The position numbers and the translations under genes are program-made. Below, one piece after another: positions 18,944 to 27,056 of a stretch of 50,509 bases of DNA; positions within the stretch are counted from its first letter, which is position 1, and every line of letters begins with the position of its first letter. The notes under the pieces were generated by a model. It did no database searches. It had not been told where the DNA came from and worked only from the letters and a program-made list of their open reading frames with translations. The stretch is from an uncultured archaeon (GTDB lineage: Archaea > Iainarchaeota > Iainarchaeia > Iainarchaeales > JAAZKV01). Location of the stretch: assembly GCA_964461205.1 (NCBI GenBank), contig CAYWUL010000003.1, positions 4,232 to 54,740 of the forward strand, in the 5' to 3' direction.

Positions 18944-19045
18944 ATGAGAACTACTTGCCCAGTTTGTGGAAGTACTAAATACAAGTTGATTCAAAAAGAG
19001 TATAAATGTGCCAAATGTCATTTTGTGAATAAGGTGGTAGGTTGA
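18944..19045 (+). CDS. 33-aa zinc-ribbon microprotein (not in the ORF track)
   Basis: MRTTCPVCGSTKYKLIQKEYKCAKCHFVNKVVG: CPxCG...CxxC. Confidence 0.75.
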   Translation: MRTTCPVCGSTKYKLIQKEYKCAKCHFVNKVVG

Positions 19046-19054
19046 TTTCTTCAG
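19042..19054 (+). pseudogene. Orphan nre 5'-end fragment no. 1
   Basis: AGGTGG RBS, then TTG ATT TCT TCA G (M-I-S-S versus intact M-I-S-P). The TTG overlaps the Zn-ribbon stop codon (TTGA). Confidence 0.55.
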
Positions 19055-19114
19055 GGCTCCTTTCGTCGAGCCGGAGCGAAGAATTTGGCGTTAACTTCGT
19101 TAACGACAGAAAGC
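19055..19114 (+). repeat. Structured element copy E4
   Basis: GGCTC-CTTTCGTC-GAGCC-GGAG-CGAAG, then CGTTAAC-TTC-GTTAACG, then ACAGAAAG. Confidence 0.85.
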
Positions 19115-19127
19115 AAAAGGTGATGTT

Positions 19128-19150
19128 GTGATTAGTCCAGAACTATGTAT
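19128..19150 (+). pseudogene. Orphan nre 5'-end fragment no. 2
   Basis: AGGTGA RBS, then GTG ATT AGT CCA GAA CTA TGT AT = MISPELC(I). Same peptide as intact nre but with different synonymous codons. Confidence 0.9.
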
Positions 19151-19218
19151 GGCCAATTTCGTATGGCCGGTTCGAAATACGCTTGATGTGCTACTTTCAG
19201 TAGCACTGCAGAGAATGT
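19151..19218 (+). repeat. Structured element copy E5 (68 bp)
   Basis: GGCCA-ATTTCGTA-TGGCC-GGTT-CGAAAT, then GTGCTAC-TTTCA-GTAGCAC, ending CAGAGAATGT. 59/68 identical to E3 by hand alignment. Confidence 0.92.
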
Positions 19219-19231
19219 TTGAGGTAATAGA

Positions 19232-20464
19232 ATGATTTCGCCTGAGTTGTGTATTAAGTGTAAGGGAAAGTTACTTTGTGGTTTAAAAAAATGCCCTATC
19301 TTAGAAAAGAATTTTTCTCAAACAAAAATAGTTTCAAAAATAAAGAACAACGAGTTTTCTGGTGCGACTCCGCCTGGGTTTTTTGTTTCTTGGCAGAATT
19401 ATCCAAAAGTCGCTGTTGCTCCTCTTTCTACCATTCCTGAAGAACTTTCTCCGTTAGCTGATGAACCCGAAAAATGGTATGGTCTTCCTCAAGAACAAAT
19501 AATTTCTTTTAGAGAATCCTTGCTAAGAAGTTACAAAAACATGCCAGTTTCATTAGCAGCAAATCCAAATTATGAGTTAATGGATTTTCAAGAACTAGCA
19601 ATGTCAGAAAAAGTAATGGATGTTGATGTAAAATTAAACAAGGCTCCTTCTGGGCAAACAAAATTTGATTCTTTTTCTGCACCAATGGGACCAAGTGCTG
19701 AACTAAATAAATTATCTTTAACAGAGAATTCTAAGATTCCACAAAAAATTGATTATTATTATTCTGATACAGACGCAAAATCAAATACTGCGTTGATAGA
19801 TTTGTTTGAACACGGTTTTTCAGTTTCAACCCTATCAAAAGTTTTGTCTTCTGGCTCACTTGGTGTAAAAAAGAATAGAAGAATTGTGCCTACAAGATGG
19901 TCAATCGTGGCAGCCCTCGATTCTATCGGAAAAAATTTAATAAATAAAATAAAAGAGTATTCTGTTATTGATTCTATTCAAGTTTTTGAAGATACTTATT
20001 TGGATAATCATTTTATAATAATGCTTTTACCAAAACCATGGTCGTTTGAACAGTTAGAAGTTTGGGTTCCTGGAAGTATTTGGAATATGGAAACCGCTTC
20101 CTCAAAAATAAAGATTTATCACGATCACGAAATGTTTGAAGGGATGAAAGGTTATGCGAATGAAGTTACTGGAGCATACTACGCAGTTCGTCTGCCGATT
20201 GTTGAATATTTAAGAGAAAAGAAAAAACAAGCAATGGTTGTAGTATTCAGAGAAATTGGAGATGGGTACAAGCTTCCGTTGGGTTCGTGGGTTTGTGGTG
20301 AAACGACAAAAGCTGCAATGCAAAAACAACCAAAAATATTTTCAAATGTAGATTTAGCTCTTGAATTTATTGGAAAAAGATTAAAAGTTCCAATCAATAA
20401 ATGGAAGAAAGAAAGTGTTGTCTTGGATTATTATAACAAGCAGAAAACTCTATTCGACTTTTGA
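19232..20464 (+). CDS. nreA: Nre DNA repair protein (DUF650/DUF651) with C-terminal PIP box
   Basis: CIKCKGKLLCGLKKCP, YPKV, RRIVPTRWSI, GAYYAVRL, C-terminal QKTLFDF. Confidence 0.92.
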   Translation: MISPELCIKCKGKLLCGLKKCPILEKNFSQTKIVSKIKNNEFSGATPPGFFVSWQNYPKVAVAPLSTIPEELSPLADEPEKWYGLPQEQIISFRESLLRSYKNMPVSLAANPNYELMDFQELAMSEKVMDVDVKLNKAPSGQTKFDSFSAPMGPSAELNKLSLTENSKIPQKIDYYYSDTDAKSNTALIDLFEHGFSVSTLSKVLSSGSLGVKKNRRIVPTRWSIVAALDSIGKNLINKIKEYSVIDSIQVFEDTYLDNHFIIMLLPKPWSFEQLEVWVPGSIWNMETASSKIKIYHDHEMFEGMKGYANEVTGAYYAVRLPIVEYLREKKKQAMVVVFREIGDGYKLPLGSWVCGETTKAAMQKQPKIFSNVDLALEFIGKRLKVPINKWKKESVVLDYYNKQKTLFDF

Positions 20465-21679
20465 CCAAATTAAACAACAACTCTTTTCTGGGCGTATTTT
20501 CTGTATTTTGCTTTGTGCTTCAAGTTTTGCTAAATGTTCACGTAATGTACTTCCACATATTTGTAATTTATTTCTGAGTTCTAATGAGTTTAGATTTTGA
20601 TTTGACAACAAGTCTAAAATCATTTCTTGTGTAATTCCATACGCACGTCTTTTCCATTTCCGATTTTGCCTTTCTACGATTTCTTTTAACAAGTGTTCTT
20701 TGTGAGCTAGTCCACATGTGGAAAATTTTGTTTCAAGTTTTTTACAATCATTAAGAAATTTTTGAGCATTTTTTAATGAGATTCTTACTCTATACATTTT
20801 TCCAGTCTTTTCTTGTTTTTCACTTATATTGCACGTTGAATATTTGAGTTTGTTTGTAATTTTTCTTATATCTTTTAAAAGATTTTTGTTTCCTGAATAA
20901 ATTTCAATTGTTTCTCCAATGTGTCCTTCATCTACAATGAATGCATTCAGGCCCGCCAGTAAGAAGTCATTTGACATTAATTCGATTTTTCTACTTATTC
21001 GAGATTTGTCCCAATGACAATCGCCTAGTTCTAAATATTCGTCAAGAAATACACTAATCACTTTTGGTATAGCAACCTTGGAATCTTCAGATATTTTAAT
21101 TTTAAAGTTTCCAAAGCAATTTTGTAATTTTTGTGCAAAATTATTTAATCCTTGTTTATTCACTTGACGATAATGTGATTGTTTTCCTTTTCCTCCCAGG
21201 TGGCCATCACCATATAAATGAAATGCGATTGAGACTAATTCAGGAGTTAGATAAATTGGAAAATCTATTTTAACTGGTGTACCACGTCCAGTTGAAGAAC
21301 AATCAACAAGGTTTTTTTCAACTTCTTTTAGTGTTTGTTTATTTTTTGATGATATTTCTATTATTGCCCACAATGGTATTCTTCTTGTTTTTTTACTTGT
21401 TTTTTCAATTCCATAAAACCAGTGTGATAATAAACCAACCCCAACTTTTGGATGAATATTATATTTTGCACGTTTATCATTTAAGTAGTTCGTAGCTTCT
21501 TTCCAAGAATCAAATGAGTCGATAAAGTTTTGAATGAATCTTTTTCGAAAGCGATCTTTAAGCATAATTGTTGTGTTTTTTGAAAAATCAACCAAGTGAA
21601 TTTCTTTGTATTGATTCATATAAGACTCTTTTTTTAGAGACTTATAATCGCTTTGGGAGTACAATGCCGGTGATCTCAT
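20450..21679 (-). CDS. Free-standing LAGLIDADG-type homing endonuclease with C-terminal winged HTH
   Basis: LTPELVSIAFHLYGDG and LAGLNAFIVDEG resemble the two LAGLIDADG helices. C-terminal ILDLL..LNSLEL..LQICGSTLREHLAKLE is HTH-like. No intein Cys...His-Asn ends are visible. Confidence 0.72.
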   Translation of the reverse strand: MRSPALYSQSDYKSLKKESYMNQYKEIHLVDFSKNTTIMLKDRFRKRFIQNFIDSFDSWKEATNYLNDKRAKYNIHPKVGVGLLSHWFYGIEKTSKKTRRIPLWAIIEISSKNKQTLKEVEKNLVDCSSTGRGTPVKIDFPIYLTPELVSIAFHLYGDGHLGGKGKQSHYRQVNKQGLNNFAQKLQNCFGNFKIKISEDSKVAIPKVISVFLDEYLELGDCHWDKSRISRKIELMSNDFLLAGLNAFIVDEGHIGETIEIYSGNKNLLKDIRKITNKLKYSTCNISEKQEKTGKMYRVRISLKNAQKFLNDCKKLETKFSTCGLAHKEHLLKEIVERQNRKWKRRAYGITQEMILDLLSNQNLNSLELRNKLQICGSTLREHLAKLEAQSKIQKIRPEKSCCLIWSKVE

Positions 21680-21807
21680 TTTTGACCACCAACAAAATTT
21701 TCAAGAATCCATAAACTCCTTTCATCCAAGAGTTCAGGACACTCTTTTGATTCTTTTATCACTGAAATAATTTCTTCCTTTTTTGGAAGTTGAATTCCAT
21801 AAACCAT
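21676..21807 (-). CDS. 43-aa ORF translationally coupled to the endonuclease gene (not in the ORF track)
   Basis: GGAGG RBS; MVYGIQLPKKEEIISVIKESKECPELLDERSLWILENFVGGQK; ATGA overlap with 20450-21679. Confidence 0.65.
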   Translation of the reverse strand: MVYGIQLPKKEEIISVIKESKECPELLDERSLWILENFVGGQK

Positions 21808-21965
21808 TATTATCGCCTCCACGAAAAATTTTTTCATGAAAATTCAAAACGACTTTGGAGGCATTGGTTAGTGCAGGTTACATGCCAGACTTATTGATAG
21901 AAATAGGTTTCAAGAAAGATGTTGTTTGGAATGCTTTTGACCGTTTTAATAAACATTGAATTAAA

Positions 21966-22139
21966 ATTAGGGAAAATGTTCGCTTTGCTTTAAAACAAAA
22001 ACCAATGGATTTTTCTTCGATGGATTTAGCTTTAGAATTTTTATCAAAAAAACTAAGGGTTTCTATTGATAAATATAAGAAAAAATCTTCTCTAATAAAA
22101 CATTTCAAAACGCAACATAGATTGAGTGAATGGTTTTGA
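21966..22139 (+). pseudogene. Orphan alternative nre 3' end (57 codons)
   Basis: IRENVRFALKQKPMDFSSMDLALEFLSKKLRVSIDKYKKKSSLIKHFKTQHRLSEWF* aligns without gaps to the Nre C-terminus (21/56 identical by hand) and ends in a PIP-like motif. Confidence 0.88.
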
Positions 22140-22148
22140 AAATTATGA

Positions 22149-22748
22149 TTAAAGTATTGGTTCTAAAATCTTTTTTAGTTCTTCATAATTTTCAGCACAA
22201 GCTAATTCTTTTTCTTGTTCTTTCAAAGCATTGCAACCACGAAATATTATTCCTTTATCTGCACCTTTTAGCATGCTTAAATCATTAAAGCTGTCTCCTA
22301 TTGCAATTGTTTCCATGCCTGCATCTTTAAAACGATTAACCATTTCTATCTTCCCGTCACTTTCTCTTAAATTATATCCTTCAACTTTTCCATTTTCACT
22401 AATATTTAAGGTGTTTGCAAACATGCAAGGATAACCAAGTTTTTTCATTAGAGGCATTATATAATCATAATATGTTCCAGTCAAAATAACCACTTGTGCT
22501 CTTTCTTTTAACCAAGAAATAAATTCTGGAGCACCTTTTAGTGGATCCATTTTTTCTACAACTGTGTTAATTTCTTTTATTCCAAAATTATTTTCTTCCA
22601 AAACCTTTATTCTCATTTGCATTAATTTTTCATAATCAGGTTCATCACGGGTTGTTTTCATTAATTCTGGAATATTTGTTGCTTTTGAAAACTCTTGCCA
22701 AAACTCTGGCAATAAGACTCCTTCCAAATCAAGGCAGACTAATTTCAT
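22149..22748 (-). CDS. thrH: Phosphoserine phosphatase/homoserine phosphotransferase ThrH (HAD family)
   Basis: CLDLEGVL.PE.W, TTRDEPDY..LM..R, GDSFNDLSML. Confidence 0.88.
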   Translation of the reverse strand: MKLVCLDLEGVLLPEFWQEFSKATNIPELMKTTRDEPDYEKLMQMRIKVLEENNFGIKEINTVVEKMDPLKGAPEFISWLKERAQVVILTGTYYDYIMPLMKKLGYPCMFANTLNISENGKVEGYNLRESDGKIEMVNRFKDAGMETIAIGDSFNDLSMLKGADKGIIFRGCNALKEQEKELACAENYEELKKILEPIL

Positions 22749-22753
22749 TTTCC

Positions 22754-23719
22754 TCACTTTTTGTATTTCATGAATTGTGCTAGTAATGCTTCTATTTGTA
22801 TTCTTTCATTTGCTCCTTCTACAATTCTAAAATCATATTCTCCAACAGTATCTACTAAATCAATTTTTGCTTTCTCGCTTAAATGTTTTTCATCCAAGTT
22901 AATTGTTTCTCTATATATTTGTTTTATTATATCTTCTCCGCTCATTCCATAATCATACATTAATTCATCTAGTTTTTTTCTTGCGTCTAAGAATTTTCCT
23001 TGTACTGCGAGCACAAGCATTTCTTGTACTTGTTCTGGTCTTGCTCTGCTTGCAACACTATATACTGTTTCGTCAGTTATTTTTGTGTTAAGCGTAGAAC
23101 AGGCTTGTAAAATATTAATTGTTTTTCTTAGGTCTCCTTGCGAAACATAATTAATTGCTTCTTTTGCTTTTTCATCAACATCTAATTTCTCTTTTTTTGC
23201 AACAAGCTCGATTTGTTTGTCCACATCTTTTGGGCTTAATGGTTTGTATCTGTATATTACACATCTACTTTGTAATGGTTCAAGTATTTTTGAAGAATAA
23301 TTACATGATAAAACAAATCTGCAGGTCTTGGTATATTTTTCCATTGTTCTTCTTAGTGCTTGTTGTGCATCACTTGTTAGTGCATCACATTCGTCTAAAA
23401 AAATTATTTTGAAAGTTGAATCAAATGCTAGTGTTCTTGCGAAATCTTTTATTGTGTTTCTTACTACATCAATTCCTCTGTCATCAGATGCATTTAGTTC
23501 TAAAAAGTTTTGTTCAAAATTTTCTCCAAATAATTCTCTTGCTAAAGCAATAGAAGAAGAGGTTTTTCCTGTTCCTGCTGGTCCACTAAATAACATGTTT
23601 GGAACATTTCTGCTTATCACGTAACTTTTTAATCTATTTATTGTGTCTTCGTGGCCTATAACATTTTCTAGTTTTTTTGGTCTATATTTTTCTACCCATG
23701 GTAATTCCATTTCTGTCAT
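22754..23719 (-). CDS. rfcS: Replication factor C small subunit
   Basis: PWVEKYRP, GPAGTGKT, LELNASDDRGID, DECD, ALRRTME, SRC. Confidence 0.97.
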   Translation of the reverse strand: MTEMELPWVEKYRPKKLENVIGHEDTINRLKSYVISRNVPNMLFSGPAGTGKTSSSIALARELFGENFEQNFLELNASDDRGIDVVRNTIKDFARTLAFDSTFKIIFLDECDALTSDAQQALRRTMEKYTKTCRFVLSCNYSSKILEPLQSRCVIYRYKPLSPKDVDKQIELVAKKEKLDVDEKAKEAINYVSQGDLRKTINILQACSTLNTKITDETVYSVASRARPEQVQEMLVLAVQGKFLDARKKLDELMYDYGMSGEDIIKQIYRETINLDEKHLSEKAKIDLVDTVGEYDFRIVEGANERIQIEALLAQFMKYKK

Positions 23720-23843
23720 ACCAAATTAGTTTCAAGTAAAGGTTAAAAGGGTAATTAGCATTTTTGGCATTAAAACAAATTAAGGGCTTTGAGTAAATAT
23801 TAAAAGCTTATTATAGTTAACTTTTCTATTGTTAGTGGTTTTA

Positions 23844-24506
23844 ATGGGTAAATTAAATAAAAAGCAATTCTTGGTTTTGTTAATAGTTTGGTTTGTAATT
23901 GCTTACTTATTAATGTGGTTTTTTGGTGGAGCCTGCATGAGTTTATTTGTTTCTCCAAATACTGTTGGTGATGTTTGTGTTGCATCTGGTGCTTTACAAG
24001 GTTTAAGGAGTATTCCTGTTATTGGTTTTTTTATTCCTTATAACGAATGGATTTCAATAATGTATTGGTTTGCACCTATTGCGGGTTTTGTATTAGCATT
24101 AGTTGTCATGAAATGGTGGAATAATTACTTTGAAACAAAAGAAGCAACTAGTATTTTTTTCTTATTAATAATGATTGTTATTTTACTTGCTGGGTTCTAT
24201 ATTAACTTGTCTTGGTATTATGGAGAAATTGCTGCAAACAATTCTCGTAATGATTTACAAGTAGCATTATATTTTTGTTTTGATAATGACGGGCAAGTAT
24301 GTAATAATACTGTTTCTCAGTTAAATCAGGAATATGTTTCTCAAGCACAGAAAAATAATTCTACAAAAGTCACACAGCTCTTGATGGTTAATTATTGGGC
24401 AGAACTAAGAGAAAGTATTTTCTTATTATTTATCCTTGGTGCGCTTGTTGCCTGGCTTCCTTTATTTGTAAAACAAAAAATTGAAGAAAAAGAAGACAAA
24501 AAATAA
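23844..24506 (+). CDS. Hypothetical integral membrane protein
   Basis: About 4 hydrophobic helices with Cys pairs in the loops. Confidence 0.75.
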   Translation: MGKLNKKQFLVLLIVWFVIAYLLMWFFGGACMSLFVSPNTVGDVCVASGALQGLRSIPVIGFFIPYNEWISIMYWFAPIAGFVLALVVMKWWNNYFETKEATSIFFLLIMIVILLAGFYINLSWYYGEIAANNSRNDLQVALYFCFDNDGQVCNNTVSQLNQEYVSQAQKNNSTKVTQLLMVNYWAELRESIFLLFILGALVAWLPLFVKQKIEEKEDKK

Positions 24507-24647
24507 TCTATTTGTGACAAGTGAGGGTTTTTTGGCATTTTGTTGAATTAGGGATAACTAATGTATATACTAATTTTTTATGGATAATGTTGCAGGGATT
24601 TTAGACTAAAAAACTGTTTTTTAAACCTTTTTTATAAATTGTTAGTT

Positions 24648-25448
24648 ATGATTGGACTTATTTTTAACAGAGCCCTTGAAGAATACAAGAGCAACTTTAA
24701 AGTAATGCTTAGTTTTGGCATATTGTTTGTCTTTGTAATTTTGTTTCTTTTTTTCAACCAGTTTTTCTTGTCTTCAGGTACAGTATTTCTTTCTTTTAGT
24801 GAATCAATAATAACTATTGTTGGATTAGTTCTAGGATTAATATTTTTGTATGTATTTTCGTTCTTTATTTCTCTTACAGTTTATTCAATAAAGAGAGATA
24901 TGCAAAGAGTAAATTTTGATGTTTATTGGAACACACTGTTAAAAAAAGTTGCAGTAAAAGTATTTTTGTTTTACTTTTTTATTTCGATTATAATATATGC
25001 GATTTCGGTGATAGGATTATTTTTTGCTTTTGAAGCAATAACTGCAATAATTTCTCTTGTTATTGTTGCTTTGTTAATGTATGTCCCTCAAAGTATTATT
25101 TTAGAAGAAAAGAATTTGAAAGAAGCTTCTCTTGAAAGTCTTGTTTTTTGGAAAAACAATTTTTTGCTGAGCATTTCAATAATTATTTTAGGAGCAATTT
25201 TGTTGTCAGTAATTTTTCTTATAGAATTTGCTCTTGAGTTAGTTGCTTTTCCAGGAATAATTTTTTCATTTATTTTTGTATTGATTTTTGTTGTGCCTTT
25301 TATTGAACAAGTAAAATCTTATTCGTTTATTCTTAAGTTTGATTTGATAAAACAACCAGAGCTTTTGAGTGCGGAAGTAAAACCAAAAAAGCCACAAAAG
25401 ATTAATGCAGTTAGATTAAGAGAAAGAGTAAAAGGCGGAAAAATTTAA
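24648..25448 (+). CDS. Hypothetical polytopic membrane protein
   Basis: About 6 TM helices and a basic C-terminal tail. Confidence 0.78.
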   Translation: MIGLIFNRALEEYKSNFKVMLSFGILFVFVILFLFFNQFFLSSGTVFLSFSESIITIVGLVLGLIFLYVFSFFISLTVYSIKRDMQRVNFDVYWNTLLKKVAVKVFLFYFFISIIIYAISVIGLFFAFEAITAIISLVIVALLMYVPQSIILEEKNLKEASLESLVFWKNNFLLSISIIILGAILLSVIFLIEFALELVAFPGIIFSFIFVLIFVVPFIEQVKSYSFILKFDLIKQPELLSAEVKPKKPQKINAVRLRERVKGGKI

Positions 25449-25505
25449 TTCCAATTAATTATTCTAAATGACTATTCTAAATATTTATTCTAAAATAGTA
25501 TGAGA

Positions 25506-27056
25506 TTATTCTTTTCCAACAAAAATAATTTGTTTGACTTTTTTGTCAATTAGTTCATTTACTTCTTTTGTTGTTGTTGCGTAACCAGTAAAACAACATT
25601 TTTTTGAATCCAAGCATTCTTCAAAATTCATTGAACCTTGGGGATAAACTTTTTTTCCAGATGTGTTATCAAACTTTTTTTGTGCTTCTTTGCTTCCTAA
25701 ACCAAATAACAATTCATCTTTAAATAAGCGATTTAATTCTCTATATGTTTTGTTTGCAAATTCTCTTGGTTTTGTATTTTCAAAATTCTTTGCTAGCTCA
25801 GTTAGGCTTGTTAGTCCTATCGCGGTTTTCATTTCTCCTAATTTAAGTTCTTTCAAATATTCTTTTTCAAGTAATAATTCTTTTTTTAGTTCACTTAGCT
25901 TTTTTATTTCAGTAGATAGTTTTTCTAGTTTTTCAAAAAACTTTCCTTCTTCTTTGCATTGGGCAATTTTTTCTAAATTAATGTTTACAAAAAGATCTAT
26001 TCCTTGTGTTGGCGAAAACAATTCATTATTCAAAGGGAAATATTCTGAGTTGGAACAGTTTAATATTCTAAAAGATTTGTTCTTTGTTTCAATTAGTTTC
26101 ATTGAATATTTTGAGTCGACACAGACGACACTCTTGCTTTCTTCAGCAAGAAAATTGCTTAATGCAGTTGCTTTTAATTTGTGTTCTCCACTTTTTTCAA
26201 ATGCTGTTGGAGTGAATAATTCTAGTGAAATAGAAAATTCTTTTTCTGGAATTTGTATTAATTCTAAAATTAAGGCTGCTGCTTTTTTTGTTTGTGCTTT
26301 GTTTTTTAAGAATGGGGCGCATGCAAATGTTAATCCAAATATGTTTGGCTGTAAACAAAAATATTTTTTGTTTTGAATAATTTGTTTTATTGAATTAATA
26401 ATTGTTTTTTCTAAAGTGTCTTTTGTTTCTGCAATAAATGAATATGAATATGGTCTGGAAGAAAAACCCTCGACATCTTCAATGAAAATGTTTCCGCCAA
26501 AATGTTCTTTTCTTATTTGTTTTGGGATTACTGACAAAAAATTATATTCTTTTGTAGAAAGATTTGCGTATGGTTCAATTAGAAATTTTTTCTTTACTTC
26601 ATAAACCGGTTCTCCAACTCTTGTATAATTATTTCTAAATTCTTCAAAACCATATGTTACAAGTTTTGCATTTACAAGTTCTCTTATTAATGCTGGTGTC
26701 AAAAAATCGATTTTTGAATCTTTTATTTGGTTTTCAATTTCAATAGTTATTTTTTCCGCAACACTTCTTGCAATCGAAGTTTCTTTTGTCAAAGATTTTA
26801 TTATGTGTCCTCTGTTAAAACTTTCAATATTTTCTTTTGAAGTGTAAACTGTCATTCTGCTGAACGCTTCGTATGTTTGTCCTGCTTCAGGATCTAATTC
26901 TTTTAATAATTCTAATGCTTTTTCTCTGAGTTTTTTACTACTCTTTGTATTGAGTAAATTAATTTCTTTTAATATTTTTGTGATCGTCCAGGGAGAAGCA
27001 TTTGCTTCCTGCATTTCTTTTGCAATTATTTGTATCTTTTCTTCTATTAGGTTCAT
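25506..27056 (-). CDS. ATP-cone protein with a degenerate NrdD (class III RNR)-like body
   Basis: ATP cone (ESFNRGHIIKSL...PALIRELVNAKL), YTRVG.PVYEV, EHFGGNIFIED, NINLEKIA and IGLTSLTE echo archaeal NrdD motifs. Catalytic motifs are not evident. Confidence 0.65.
   Translation of the reverse strand: MNLIEEKIQIIAKEMQEANASPWTITKILKEINLLNTKSSKKLREKALELLKELDPEAGQTYEAFSRMTVYTSKENIESFNRGHIIKSLTKETSIARSVAEKITIEIENQIKDSKIDFLTPALIRELVNAKLVTYGFEEFRNNYTRVGEPVYEVKKKFLIEPYANLSTKEYNFLSVIPKQIRKEHFGGNIFIEDVEGFSSRPYSYSFIAETKDTLEKTIINSIKQIIQNKKYFCLQPNIFGLTFACAPFLKNKAQTKKAAALILELIQIPEKEFSISLELFTPTAFEKSGEHKLKATALSNFLAEESKSVVCVDSKYSMKLIETKNKSFRILNCSNSEYFPLNNELFSPTQGIDLFVNINLEKIAQCKEEGKFFEKLEKLSTEIKKLSELKKELLLEKEYLKELKLGEMKTAIGLTSLTELAKNFENTKPREFANKTYRELNRLFKDELLFGLGSKEAQKKFDNTSGKKVYPQGSMNFEECLDSKKCCFTGYATTTKEVNELIDKKVKQIIFVGKE

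Noticed and set aside
16173-19218. Element as an HDV-like/theta or hammerhead ribozyme
   Set aside because: It starts with GGCC and has GG after stem 1, but the 8-nt loop cannot hold P2+P3+L3, and I saw no CUGANGA/GAAA core on either strand. Self-cleavage by a new fold remains untested.
16112-19231. CRISPR array or integron cassette array
   Set aside because: The repeats are divergent and irregularly spaced, the intervening sequences are adjacent gene ends, there is no GTTRRRY/RYYYAAC pattern, and no cas or integrase gene is present.
20450-21679. Intein or intron-encoded nuclease
   Set aside because: It lies antisense to nre, has its own start, and has no splicing-domain motifs; nre is complete without splicing.
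21878-22108. 76-aa - strand ORF from the track
   Set aside because: It is the antisense shadow of the orphan nre 3' fragment.
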